Of a stretch of 64,000 nucleotides of DNA, positions 13,369 through 25,944 are shown one piece after another. A program made the translations under genes and the position numbers. Position 1 is the stretch's first letter. Every line of letters begins with the position of its first letter. The notes below the pieces were generated by a model, which ran no database searches, had not been told where the DNA came from, and saw nothing but the letters and a program-made list of their open reading frames with translations. Origin of the DNA: Eledone cirrhosa (Eukaryota); contig OZ024764.1 of the NCBI GenBank assembly GCA_964016885.1, positions 19,592,001-19,656,000 of the forward strand, written 5' to 3'.

Positions 13369-13899
13369 ATCTCCCTGTAAAACATATCAATCCCCTAACT
13401 TTCTCCCATAATTCACTATTTTTTTTATTGTTCTTATATTTATCTAAAAACTTTCCATTATAACTTCATGAAATTGTGCAAAGTTATGTTCCAAATAGCA
13501 GCTTAATACTGAGAAATTTAGTTTTATTATTAAATCCCTTCAAAGTGTTGAGTGTTTTCAAAATTATTTGAAAATGATGGGTAGTGTCTTTCATTAGAAA
13601 TGGTTAATGTTGAGGATATGTCTGATGTAACGTGCTCTTTAATGCCAATGTCCTCTGGTATTCTGAAATAATAAAAGAACATTATAAGATACTCAGAAAC
13701 TTGTAATACATCAGTACAAATTTCATATAATATTTCTATATTGATAAAGGGACTGTAATAAATACTAAGGCCTTCCTTGGTGAAGAATGTGCTGACTAAC
13801 ATAGGTTAGTTATTAGTAACATTAGTTAGTGATTAAACTGACTAACATAAGTTAGTTATTAGTGACATTAGATTAAACACAAGATAGAACAGGATATTC

Positions 13900-16091
13900 A
13901 GGAAAACATGGAAATGGTGGGTTTAGAAGCTGAATGACCTTTCAATTAAATATAGGTTTAGAAAGCCCCTACAGGATGCATTTGTTGAAACGGGTGACGA
14001 ACTAGATATTTATAATATGGAAGATAACTGTAAATTGTTATGTCACAACCTTTTGTGAACTACAGATGAGACTTTGGCTTGAGTAAAGCGCCAGCCAGAC
14101 TGAGAGTGACCTGGTGGCAGAACAACACAGTTGATAGAGCCATTAAAGGCAAGAGACAGGCATGGAAAGACTGGAAAAATGGGGTTAGCAGAGACTGATA
14201 TCAGATAGCTAAGACAGAAGTTAGATGACAGCTATACACAACTTGGAGATGAAACAATAAAGTTTGCCAATGTCTTACAACATGAGGACCAAAGATATGA
14301 AGTGTTCCACATTGCAAGGCAGTGTGTCAGAGTGAATTGGGATGTTGTTGGGGAAAAGTGACACTGGCGCATTTAGCATCACTGATGCTCAAAAGATAGA
14401 GGCCTATAAATGTTACTTGGAAAGGCCGATGAATGCATATAATAACTGGAAGGAAGAGAGGCTACACCCAACTTACAGAAGAACGAGCTATTGAAGATGA
14501 CAGATGAAAAATAGTGAGGCTGCGGGAGAAGAAGGAGTCAAACTAGATAGCTGCTGAGATGCATTAAGAGAAGTAAGACTCAAACTAATACCCCACATAG
14601 TCAATTAGGTAATACAGGACAGAATCATACCCAATGACAGGTGCAGCAGTCCAATTGCTAGAAGGGTAAAGGTGATGCTCTAGAAAGGAGCAACTACAGA
14701 GGAATAAAACTAGTGGACTAAGTTATGAAAGTGATGGAAAGAATTATAGCATAGCTAATTAGGGAAAGAGTCAAATTAGACGAAATATAGTTTGGTTTCA
14801 TGCCTGGGAAAAGTACTACAGATGTCCTCTCTTTAGTGAGAAGTTCCTAGCCAAGAATAAGCTGCTCTATTTAGCTTTTTTTGATCTAGAAAAGGCCTTT
14901 GACAGTACCTCAATCTATTAACTGGAAGTCCTTAAGGAAGTTAGGTGTAAAACAATGGCTTGTGAGTGGAGTGCAAGCCATGTACAGTGGAGCTGTCAGG
15001 AGAGTAGGAAGCTAGTTCAGTGAGGAATTCAAGGTACAGGTAGCATTTCCTCAGGGTTTGGATGTGAGCTCAGTGCTATTCTTCATAATTCTCCAGTCTG
15101 TAACCAACAACAAAAGGCTTCTGTGTGCCAAGTGCAATGTTGACAAAGGAACGTGGAGAGATGCTGTGTTGAAAAGGACTAGCAGTTGGAATGAAGAGGT
15201 CTGAGAGTGAACATAGCTAAGACAAAAGAATATAAGTAGAAGAGAGGACAATACTCTGATTCCATCAGGGAAATGGCCATGTTTGATAAGTAGGAAAGGA
15301 ACTGGCATACATTTCATAAAATGTACACAATGCAGATCTTGGGTCCACAAGAGATGTAGTGGGATAGCAGGCAAACAAACAGGTAGGGAAAACTGCATAT
15401 GCAGTAGATGTACAGGGAAATTTGACAGTAGAAGTTGCAGTGATAGACACATTTTTCAAATGCAGGTATTATCTACAGAGGTGGTTGATAGCTTCCGGTA
15501 CCTAGGTGATCAGATTAGCATGGGGGGAGGGTGTTCCAAGGCCATAGTATCTAGAATAAGGACGGGTTGGAAGAAGTTTAGGGAGCTGCTTCCTCTGTTG
15601 ACAAAGAAAAGTTTCTCCCTGCGTACGAAAGGCCGGTTATATGATGCCTGTGTGAGGAGCGCGATGCTGCATGGTAGTGAGACATGGGCAGCAACTGCAG
15701 AGGATATGCGACAGCTGAAGAGAAATGAAGCAAGCATGCGCCATTTGATGTGCAATGTCAATGTGTGTGAACGACCAAGCATGGACGAGTTGAGAAAGAA
15801 ACTGTGTATAAGAGGGATATGTTGTGGTGTGCGAGAGAGAAGGCTGAGATGGTATGGACATGTGATGTGCATGGAGGATGACCGATGGGTAAAGAAGTGC
15901 CAGGAAGTCCCAGTTGAAGGAAGACGCAACAGAGGTAGACCACATAAAACATAGGCAGAGGTGGTGGGAGCAGACTTCAGATTGCTGAAACTCACATAGG
16001 CGATGACGAAGGACCATCACAAGTGGAGAGATGCTGTGCTGAATAAGATCTCTCCCGCCCTTGCAAGCAGAGAAAAGCAGACATACAATGA

Positions 16092-16095
<4 letters not shown>
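13900..16095 (+). mobile_element. 5'-truncated, degraded RTE LINE
   Basis: Homologous to 44570-46870, with many stops. The 3' portion is better preserved (ORF 15283-15954: [24 protein letters not shown]). Confidence 0.85.
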
Positions 16096-16131
<36 letters not shown>

Positions 16132-16246
16132 GTAGAACACTGTAGGGTTATACCCGTAGTAGTAGAGCACTCAGTCCATGGGACAAGTTTGGTAGAAGTA
16201 GTTCCACAACAGTTAGTTCACCATACTGGTATGGAACTATATATAT

Positions 16247-18736
16247 ATCATCATTTTACGTCCGCTTTTCCCTGCTTGCAAGGGTGGGATGGGAACTGAT
16301 TCTGGCTCGATTTCTACAGCTGGATGCCCTTCCTAACACCAACCTCATTTACAGTTGGAATTTCTTCTCTAGTTCGGTCATTGATTCAGCTATGAGCGTT
16401 AGATCATCTGCGTATAGGAGTTCCCATGGGCAGCCGGTCTTGAACTCCTCTGTTATAGCCTGAAGGGCAATAATAAATAGTAGGGGGCTAAGAACAGAGC
16501 CCTGATGGACACCAACTTTTACGCTAAACTCTTCACTATATTCGTTGTTAATTCTAACCTTACTGACTGTTTCTTTATACATGGCTTGTATAGCTCTCAC
16601 AAGCCATTCGTCAACACCTAGTTTTCTAAGAGACCACCAGATAATGGAACGGGGGACTCTGTCGAAGGCTTTCTCCAAGTCGACGAAAGCTAAGTATAGG
16701 CGTTTACTTTTAGCTAGGTACTTCTCCTGTAGTTATCGTACAATGAAAAGAGCGTCTGTGGTACTTTTGCCTGACACAAATCCGAACTGCATTTCATCTA
16801 GATCAATTCTCTCTCTGATTAGTTGCGCTATTACTTTTTCCGTGACCTTCATGACCTGGTCGATTAATTTAATGCCTCTATAGTTACTCCTATCTAGGGC
16901 ATCTCCTTTTCCCTTATAGCAGTTAACAATGATGCTGCTACGCCAGTCCTTCGGAACAACCCCATTCTGTACGACTTGGTTAACTATCCGGGTGACCATG
17001 GTGTGTCCCACCGAACCAGATGCCTTCAGCATCTCAGCAACTATTTCCGAAGGACCAGCCGCCTTACCCGTCTTCATATCTTTGATTGCCTTGCTTATTG
17101 TACTACCCTGGACTAACACTGCTGGTCCCTCTATTGGGTCGATGTGGGGGAGACTGTCTTTCTCCCATTTGTTCTCCTCATTTAGAAGCCTTTCGTAGTG
17201 ACACTTCCAAGCTACCTTCTTATCAGCGTCGGTGATGGCAAGTATGCCATCATCGTTAAGCACACACTTCTCCCCGACAATATCACGGTTTTCCTTGAGA
17301 CATTGCCTGGCAATCCTGAACACCTCACGTTTTTGGTCCTCACGTTGTAGAACATGCTTGAACTTTCTTTCCTCTGCTTCCCTTCTTGCGAAGTACACTT
17401 GTCTCCTAGCTTCCCTCCTGGCTACCTGATAGTCTTCTCTACTTCCCCCATCCCGCCATGCTTTCCAAGCCTGCTTTTTGGCCTTAATTGACTCCTCCAC
17501 CTTACTGTTCCACCACCATGTTACTCTCCTCCTACCTACAGGCCTGCTCCAGCCACAGACTTCGTCTGCCGCCGTCAGCAGGTTTGCTCTCAGGAATTCC
17601 CACTGTTCCTCTATATTATACGACTCTAATTGCTCTTCCTTACTGTCGAAAGCGTCAAGTAATATGCTTTGAAATTTATTTCTGGCTATGGGGTCCTTTA
17701 GCTTCCATATTTTTCTCCTGAGGATAGTCCTCTTCCGCTGTCTAGTACGTCTCGTCCTGACTATGAGGTCGCTAATTATCAGTCTATGTTGGGAGGTGAA
17801 TTCTTCATGGGGGAGGGATTTAGTGTTAACAACAGACACTCTGTCACGTCTTCTGGTAAGGATATAATCTACCTGGCTGGTATGTTCCCCTGATCTGTAG
17901 GTGATCAAGTGATTGTCTCGTTTTTTGAAGTTAGTGTTACAGATAGTTAAGTTATTTGCGTCGCAGAATTCCAGGATTCTGGAGCCTTCCTCATTTCTAG
18001 TACCGAATCCATAGCCTCCATGGATTCCGTCATAGCCGTCACAATGCTGTCCAACGTGACCATTTAGGTCGCCTGCAATAACTATATAGTCACTGTCGGT
18101 TATTTGGGAGGTAGCGAGCATCAGTGTCTCGTAGAATCTGTCTTTTATAGCACCGGGCAGTCCGGATTGTGGTGCGTACGCAGATATTACTGTCACCGTA
18201 GTTTTATTGAGGACAAGTCTTATTTTAATTATTCTGTCGTTCACTCTATTTACGTCTATTATCTTATCTGCCCACTTTTCTGCTACCATGATTCCTACCC
18301 CACCCAACCCATTGTCATTTCCCACCCAGAAAAGCTTATAGCATCGTTCTTTACCCACGATGAATCTAGCCGACCCTCCCCTCCACCTGGTCTCTTGAAT
18401 ACAACAAACATCGACCTCCTTACGTTCAAGCATTTCTACAACCTCGTTAGAGCGACCCTTTAAGGTGCCTACATTCATGGTACCAACTCTGAAGTTTTGG
18501 ATTGCGTTTGGAGGGTGGGAGCGGTGGGGCGCGGGGGGGGGGGGGATAGGGTTATGTTAGCCATCCTGGGCCGAAACAAGGCGGAGTGCTTGCATTCTCG
18601 TCCACGAGGTGAATTTGTCTTTATCTTTGGCATTGTCGCTGAGCGTCCACATTTTTCTCTCTTCAACTCTCCAGAATTCCGTAGTCCATCCATCATATCG
18701 AAAAGCAACCAGTTAGGCAATAGTATGGGCCTCTGA
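16247..18736 (-). mobile_element. RTE LINE (EN plus partial RT), internally deleted or fused to an RTE-tail segment
   Basis: ORFs 16733-18478 (RVGTMNVGTL, QETRW, AGDLNGHVG, QVDYIL) and 16349-16678 ([21 protein letters not shown]). The RT breaks at ~16350 into a tail ending gcggacgtaaaatgatga. Confidence 0.9.
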
Positions 18737-18784
18737 CTTATGATATATATTCATATACAGAGAGGGGGGGGGGGGAATAAAAAT

Positions 18785-19015
18785 TCCATAACTCCTTGTG
18801 GAGTCGTAGAGGTACCCTCATACAGTGTGTCTAGGGCACTTGTAAACCTGGCGGAGCCCAAACCTCTCCAGGTCTGAACACAGCCGAGTTTTTCTAAAGA
18901 GAAAGAATCGACCCCAGTACAGAGCTGGTACTTTATTTTATATCAACCCCGAAAGGATGAAAGGCAAAATTAACCCTGGCGGGATTTAAACTCAGAGCAC
19001 TCAATGAGGTGGGAC
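18785..19015 (-). mobile_element. SINE with Meta-like central domain
   Basis: Reverse complement has gctctgagtttaaatcccgcc...ttttgcctttcatcctttcggggttgat...aagtaccag. Homologous to 63160-63415 and 40655-40770. Confidence 0.65.
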
Positions 19016-19521
19016 AAATTAACCCCAGCCTCCGACCCCTCATATTCAATCAGCCTTTACATCACCCACCACCTCTATTCCCACCTCCATGAAGCCAGTT
19101 ATCTAATTACATATATATATATATACGTCCAAACCCATGCAAGCGTGGAACACGGATGTTAAACGTTGATGATGATGATGATATATATATATGTAATTAG
19201 ATACTTTTAATGCGTAAATTATATATTATCTAATTTCTAACCTTCAATCCCTGACCCCGACAACTAATATAAAAGAGCCCCCTTAGAATATAGACCCCAA
19301 CTATACAAGCGGAGCTGCTGATGTATACCACAATTTCAAACTGCTAGCCTTGAGTGATACGTTGATGTAAGTAATGATCTTACAATCACCTGTTATATGC
19401 CTTGAAAAGTCCCACCATGGGGTCGGACGAAACGGCTGTCGTCAATAAACTTGTTATAATGTCATAATAGTTCCTTTGTTCTTTTTCACTAATATATATA
19501 TATATATATATATACGATATT

Positions 19522-20214
19522 GGCATACGTTAAGGCGGGCGTTCGGGAAAGTGAAAGTAAATTTATTTTCATTTTCGAACGTCGTGTTTACATTTTGTGT
19601 GTGTGTTTAGATCTAAATGAGTGTCGTTTTAACTGATTATATATATATGTATATGTGTGTGTGTGTGTGTAGTTAACGGTTGAGAGAAGAGTACTCAATA
19701 CCGAAGTAATCTTGTAATGAGGCTTGCAGAATGGTGAGTCCGCCATTCTGGACACTGCTGCCTTGTAGAAGTCCCAAATCGAAGCTCTGACACTCTCGTC
19801 CCCATCATTCAGCAGGGATTTTGCCAGGCAGCCGCATCATCTCCGATGGTTGGGCTTCCTATTCGGAAATTGAAGGTGGGATTTACGTTCATGATGTTGT
19901 GGTGCACAAATGGAACTTTGTAGATCCTGCGGACCTTGATGTGCACACACAGCTCATAGAGAACACATGGAGCCGTGCAAAGAAGCTTCGTCGCCAGCAT
20001 GTGCAAGCCTCATTACAAGATTACTTCGGTATTGAGTACTCTTCTCTCAACCATCAACTACACACACACACACACACACATATACATATATATATAATCA
20101 GTTAAAACGACACTCATTTAGATCTAAACACACACACACAAAATGTAAACACGACGTTCGAAAATGAAAATAAATTTACTTTCACTTTCCCGAACGCCCG
20201 TCTTAACGTATGCC
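19522..20214 (+). mobile_element. Merlin (IS1595/ISXO2-like) non-autonomous DNA transposon with ~205-bp TIRs
   Basis: Long inverted arms ggcatacg...cgtatgcc. The core encodes PGSRIISDGWASY..VVHKWNFVDP..HTQLIENTWSRAK. Flanked by direct repeat tatatatacgatatt. Confidence 0.85.
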
Positions 20215-20220
20215 TATATA

Positions 20221-20547
20221 TACGATATTAACAAATGGAAACTATATTTATAAAACCATATTTATTTTATTATACATATTTGAAGGACACCACGTTAAAT
20301 TATGGTGTGCTTTCATCAGATAAAGTATAATATAGATCAGTTTTATAAATAACTCTTGACATACCCTTAAAGAATGCAACCATTACTGTTGCATTCTTTA
20401 AGGGTATGTCAATATTTATTTATAAAACTGATCTATATTATACTTTATCTGATGAAAGCACACCATAATTTAACGTGGTGTCCTTCAAATATGTATAATA
20501 AAATAAATATGGTTTTATAAATATAGTTTCCATTTGTTAATATCGTA
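20221..20547. repeat. Near-perfect hairpin, 160-bp arms with a 7-nt loop
   Basis: 20221-20380 is the reverse complement of 20388-20547; the loop is cattact. Confidence 0.9.
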
Positions 20548-20744
20548 TTTTTACTCCAAATACTTGTCGAGTGCTTTATATCAGTTATAAAAATATTTGC
20601 TTGTTGTATCCCAACAATTTAAATAGAACTTTTGCATATATATATATATATATATACGTTATTCCGTGTTGAATCGGAGGTAACCACAGTAAGTAAGGTA
20701 CTCAATACATTGCAGAGTATAAAAGTTTTAATATATAAGTTTTA

Positions 20745-20791
20745 ATTCCTGATGATTTCTAAAGAATGAAACAGTTCTAGTCCTGTAGAAT
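20745..20791 (+). ncRNA. Degenerate type I hammerhead ribozyme motif
   Basis: attc-CTGATGA-tttctaaagaat-GAAA-cag..ctg-TA-gaat. Stem II is weak. Confidence 0.45.
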
Positions 20792-20924
20792 CTCATCTAT
20801 ATTAAAACTATATATATATAATGTAGGAGGTGAGTTTTTATTGTAGTACAATAAAGCAATGCAGATATGTTGATTTAAAACTGCTCTATCCACATGTGTT
20901 TTTAACCTTCATATCATGTCCTCC

Positions 20925-20995
20925 TATTTTATCTGATGAAAACACAAATGTTATTGCATGATGATATTTGTTTTTGAAATGCGCATAATAAAATA
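20925..20995 (+). ncRNA. Minimal type I hammerhead ribozyme (Penelope-associated type)
   Basis: Stem I tattttat/ataaaata, CTGATGA, long stem II aaacacaaatgttat..atgatatttgttttt, GAAA, palindromic stem III tgcgca, cleavage triplet ending UA (20987). Confidence 0.8.
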
Positions 20996-21645
20996 CATGG
21001 AATTCATTTAACCATCTTTTGATCTTATATATTATATATATATAACGAAGGGAATGTGGTAAGGAACCAGGTGGACCATAACGCACCAAAGTACTCAATA
21101 CTTAGGGTAGTAGAGTGGGTAATAGGAACAAGTAAGACCCCGACGGCTGAGCTCAGGCCGTTTCGACGGCTAATTCTGGACTGAATGAAAATTTATTCTG
21201 GTATTTAAATAGCCGAGCTTAAAAAAGTTCTCCATCTAAGTCTTTTCGCAAATAGATCGATTTTTTGCGTGAACATCGACTTCTCTACCAAGAACATCCC
21301 AATCCCACCGAAAAAACTTTACCTTCGAATGCTCACGCAAAAAATCGATCTATTTGCGAAAAGACTTAGATGGAGAACTTTTTTAAGCTCGGCTATTTAA
21401 ATACCAGAATAAATTTTCATTCAGTCCAGAATTAGCCGTCGGGGTCTTACTTGTTCCTATATATATATATATATAAAAGATCAAAAGATGTATTTTATTA
21501 TTAACCATCTTTTGTTCTTATATATTATGTATACTCCAGTCCTACAAACTGTAGAGTGCTTCTTATCCGATATCTGCATTGCTTTATTGTACTACAATAA
21601 AACTCACCTCCTACATATATATATATATATATATAAATATATATT

Positions 21646-21710
<65 letters not shown>

Positions 21711-23100
21711 GGAAAGTTATATTTAAATTGTTGGGTTACAACTAGTAAATATTTATAACTGATATAAAAGCACTCGACAAATATTTGGAGTATATTTACA
21801 ATATTAAATAAATACTACCAAATCAACCTTTTCAAATACAAGTCGATGTTGTTACGGTAAAGTTGATGCTCCAAATATATCGAATAAACGTTACACTAGA
21901 TAAACTTCTATATTAAATATAAGAACATATGTAGACCAAATGGGCATCCTAAACTTTTGAAATGATTTCTGCTAGACGCGATTTGGTAAATAATTTTTAG
22001 CTTTATCTGTTTTCGACTCTGATGCTTATAATGAACTTGGCAATATATTGTCAATTAATTTTGAAGGGTTGATCTTTGTGGTCGATTTGCGTGGCATATT
22101 ATGTTTTTATTTTTATTATTTTAATATTTTTTAATATTTTTAATATTTTTATTTTTAATATGTAATATTTTTTTAGTTTTCTATTTTTTTAGTTTTCTAT
22201 TTTATTTATTTGTTTATTATTATTTTTTATTATTATTTTTATTATTATTATTATTATCATTTTTTGTTTTTGTTTCTGATATATTTTTTTTATTAATATA
22301 TTGAAATCTGTTCTCTATTTCTGCTTGATAGATAATCATGTAGAGTAAAGACAAGAATAGTATTGTTAAAATTAATATAGACTCTATATATATGTGTATA
22401 TATACACATATATGTATACTTAAACATTTTTTATAGCACAATGAGAATGTTCTCCGTGTGAAGTATGGGTTTGCAGAGTTGATCACGTAAATTCACATCG
22501 ATGTTTGTAATTATCATATAAACATATGAATTTTTAAAACTAGACATAAGATCATTACTTTTCACACATTATAGATACGTGTCTCATTCAGGAATACTGA
22601 TATTTACATTATAGTGCCTGGTTTATACAAACTAATATTTCTACATTAAAACATAGGGTTTTTAAATTCTGCCTCGCCTATGTCTGGTTACTTATCATTT
22701 TTCTCTCTATATAACGGCTGGTTTCTTTCCTAACCACATATATCTCCCTTACATTAATACTAGAGCTAAATAAATAAATAAATAAATAAATGTATCATGA
22801 TACGTCATTCAACGGATGTTCAACTACCTACTTTTCTCTATATATGTCTATCTCTATCTATTTCCTCTCTATATACCTCTCTCTGTTTCTTTACATGAAG
22901 CTCTTCTCTTTATCTATCTTTCCATCTCTCTATTTTGTTGCATGCATTTCTTCTTTTTCTTCGTTTTCTTTCTTTCTTTCCTTCTTTCTTTCTTTCTTTC
23001 TTTCTGTTTACAATTTTTCACTGCCAAATCAACTTTTTCAAATACAAGTCGATGTTGAACGGTATGTCAAATCTATTTATCTATAAAACTGTCTATATTG

Positions 23101-23166
23101 TATTTTGTCTGAAGAAGGCATAACATATTGTTAATATGATATCCCTGAAATATATATAATGAAATA
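23101..23166 (+). ncRNA. Minimal type I hammerhead ribozyme
   Basis: Stem I tattttgt/atgaaata (two G-U pairs), CTGAAGA, stem II agg..catatt-gtt-aatatg..cct, GAAA, tatata, TA. Confidence 0.65.
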
Positions 23167-23208
23167 GATATGGTTTTATAAATATAGTTTCCATTTATTT
23201 AATATCGT

Positions 23209-23838
<630 letters not shown>

Positions 23839-23993
23839 TGCCCTACGGTTAAGCTTTTACGGTTTTGATATATACACATATATATATATACACACATATA
23901 TATATGTATAGTAGTTCGACAACAGTTAATTCACCATTTCCATATATACCTTAAAGTATTCTATGAGACATCTTAACGACTCTGCTAATTAGC

Positions 23994-24290
23994 CACTTTA
24001 ATTAATTAGAGGTAGGTAAAATATAGATAATTACGATAACATTTTATATTTCCAGTAATGAAACAAACAAGAAAATATATATTTGTGATGTGAAAAGTGA
24101 GCTTAAATCTAGAATATTAATAGACATAATACTTACATTATAGCGTTAAAACATACAAAGATATTTAGTATACGGTGTTTTGTTGAAAGACAACTACTTC
24201 CGGTGAAGACGGAAGTGGGGGAACTGCACTACTGCGCATGTTTATAAGTAAAGGAAGTATTACTTCCGGTCTCTTCAACTTGCACTTTAC
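23994..24290. promoter_or_regulatory. Putative bidirectional promoter of the two ZNF genes
   Basis: ETS-type cttccgg (24197, 24263) and cggaagt (24210); NRF1-like tgcgcatg (24233). Minus-strand donor acttac at 24131-24136 and plus-strand donor gtaagt at 24651. Confidence 0.45.
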
Positions 24291-24361
24291 CAAACATCTC
24301 ACCTATTTCCTCCATCAATTGGGATTTGAGAATGTTGTAAATTCCGTATCACATTCCCACT

Positions 24362-24422
<61 letters not shown>

Positions 24423-24635
24423 GTGGATCGACTTTGGTCACATCGGACTGAGGAAACAGTGTTTCCGTCGGCCTTTCCAATTGCTAATACCATCTGTGGG
24501 TCGCAACTCCAGGTAGAAGGAGCAACGAGAAATAAAGTGTCTTGCTCAAGGACATAACGCATCGCCCGGTCCGGGAATCGAACTCACAACCTCACCATTG
24601 TGAATCCAGTTCTCTAACCACTCGGCCACGCCCCC
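24423..24635 (-). mobile_element. tRNA-derived SINE (CORE-like)
   Basis: Reverse complement has ggcgtggccgagtggttag (A box), gagttcgattcc (B box) and gtccttgagcaagacacttt. Confidence 0.8.
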
Positions 24636-24691
24636 TCCCAGCACTGATATGTAAGTATGAAATCGTCTATTATATATATTTATATATATAA

Positions 24692-24843
24692 AGGTAAAAT
24701 TCCGTTATAAAGAATACCGTTAAAACGAATTTTTCAGTATAACGAAATATTTTTTTCAATCCCGGCCACACGCTCTGTTAGGTTGATCTCGTTATAACGA
24801 ATTTTCTATACCCCGTGAATTTCGTTATAACGGAATTTTACTG
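24692..24843. mobile_element. pogo/Tigger-type MITE
   Basis: TIRs gtaaaattccgttataa.gaa / ttcgttataacggaattttactg, followed by TA. Confidence 0.65.
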
Positions 24844-25001
24844 TATACTAGACCACCACTGCCCCATGTTATGTTTTAAAAATCTTGTTCACTTAAACGG
24901 GAAGGCCCATATATGTATATATATATATAGGTCTTCTCCTTTCATTTCACACTATATACATGTCTGTATATTCTAATTATTTATATATATATATATATGT
25001 A

Positions 25002-25714
25002 GGCATACATGACTTAGCGGTCGCAATAATGAAAGTAAATTTATTTTCATTTTCGAACGTCGTGTTTACATTTTGTGTGTGTGTTTAGATCTAAATGAGT
25101 GTCGTTTTAACTGATTATATATATATGTGTGTGTGTGTGTGTGTAGTTGACGGTTGAGAGAAGAGTACTCAAGACCGAAGTAATCTTGTAATGAGACTTG
25201 CACATGCTGGTGACGAAGCTTCTTTGCACGGCTCCATGTGTTCTCTATGAGCTGTGTGTGCACATCAAGGTCCGCAGGATCTACAAAGTTCCATTTGTGC
25301 ACCACAACATCATGAACGTAAATCCCACCTTCAATTTCCGAATAGGAAGCCCAACCATCGGAGATGATGCGGCTGCCTGGCAAAATCCCTGCTGAATGAT
25401 GGGGACGAGAGTGTCAGAGCTTCGATTTGGGACTTCTACAAGGCAGCAGCGTCCACTATGGCGGACTCACCATTCTGCAAGCCACCTTACAAGACTACTT
25501 CGGTATTGAGTACTCTTCTCTCAACCGTCAACAACACACACATATACATATACATATATATATATATATAATCAGTTAAAACGACAGAGGCTCTGATTTT
25601 GTCTTTAATCTCAGTAACTAATTTAGATCTAAACACACACAAAATGTAAACACGACGTTCGAAAATGAAAATAAATTTACTTCATTTTTCAGACCATTAA
25701 AAGTCATGTATGCC
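25002..25714 (-). mobile_element. Second Merlin non-autonomous element, inverted relative to 19522-20214
   Basis: Same transposase fragment (ORF 25066-25383). TIRs ggcatacatgactt...aagtcatgtatgcc. Flanking direct repeat tatatatatgta. Confidence 0.85.
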
Positions 25715-25889
25715 TATATATATGTATATATATAGAGAGAGATTTTGAGTATATGTTGGTTGTATACCAACACCTCAGTATGCAGAATGGAGCACTCGAC
25801 GAAGTGCGCAGGTTGGTTTGGTTACTCCGGAGTAATGTAAAATAAAGTTAAATAAAAAGTCAAATGTTTAAAATTTAGCTTCGTTTATT

Positions 25890-25944
25890 ACTGCTATATA
25901 TATTTCAGTGACAGCCATCTTTGGCTGTGACCTCTTCAGGCAGT
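25890..25944 (-). ncRNA. Minimal type I hammerhead ribozyme
   Basis: Reverse complement: actgc-CTGAAGA-ggtcacagcca-aaga-tggctgtcact-GAAA-tatata-TA-gcagt. All core nucleotides and three stems are present. Confidence 0.8.

Larger units (their letters stand above)
20552..21793. repeat. Nested imperfect palindrome, probably Penelope-like terminal repeats
   Basis: Inverted pairs 20552-20640/21705-21793, 20816-20870/21570-21625 and 21122-21272/21332-21460. Confidence 0.7.

Noticed and set aside
21900-22700. Possible decayed Penelope ORF pieces on the minus strand (also 1750-2160)
   Set aside because: Only vague resemblance with many stops; cannot be supported without tBLASTn.
24560-24635. Possible tRNA genes at SINE heads (also ~4400 and ~63700)
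   Set aside because: A and B boxes are present but there is no full cloverleaf, and each continues into a SINE body.
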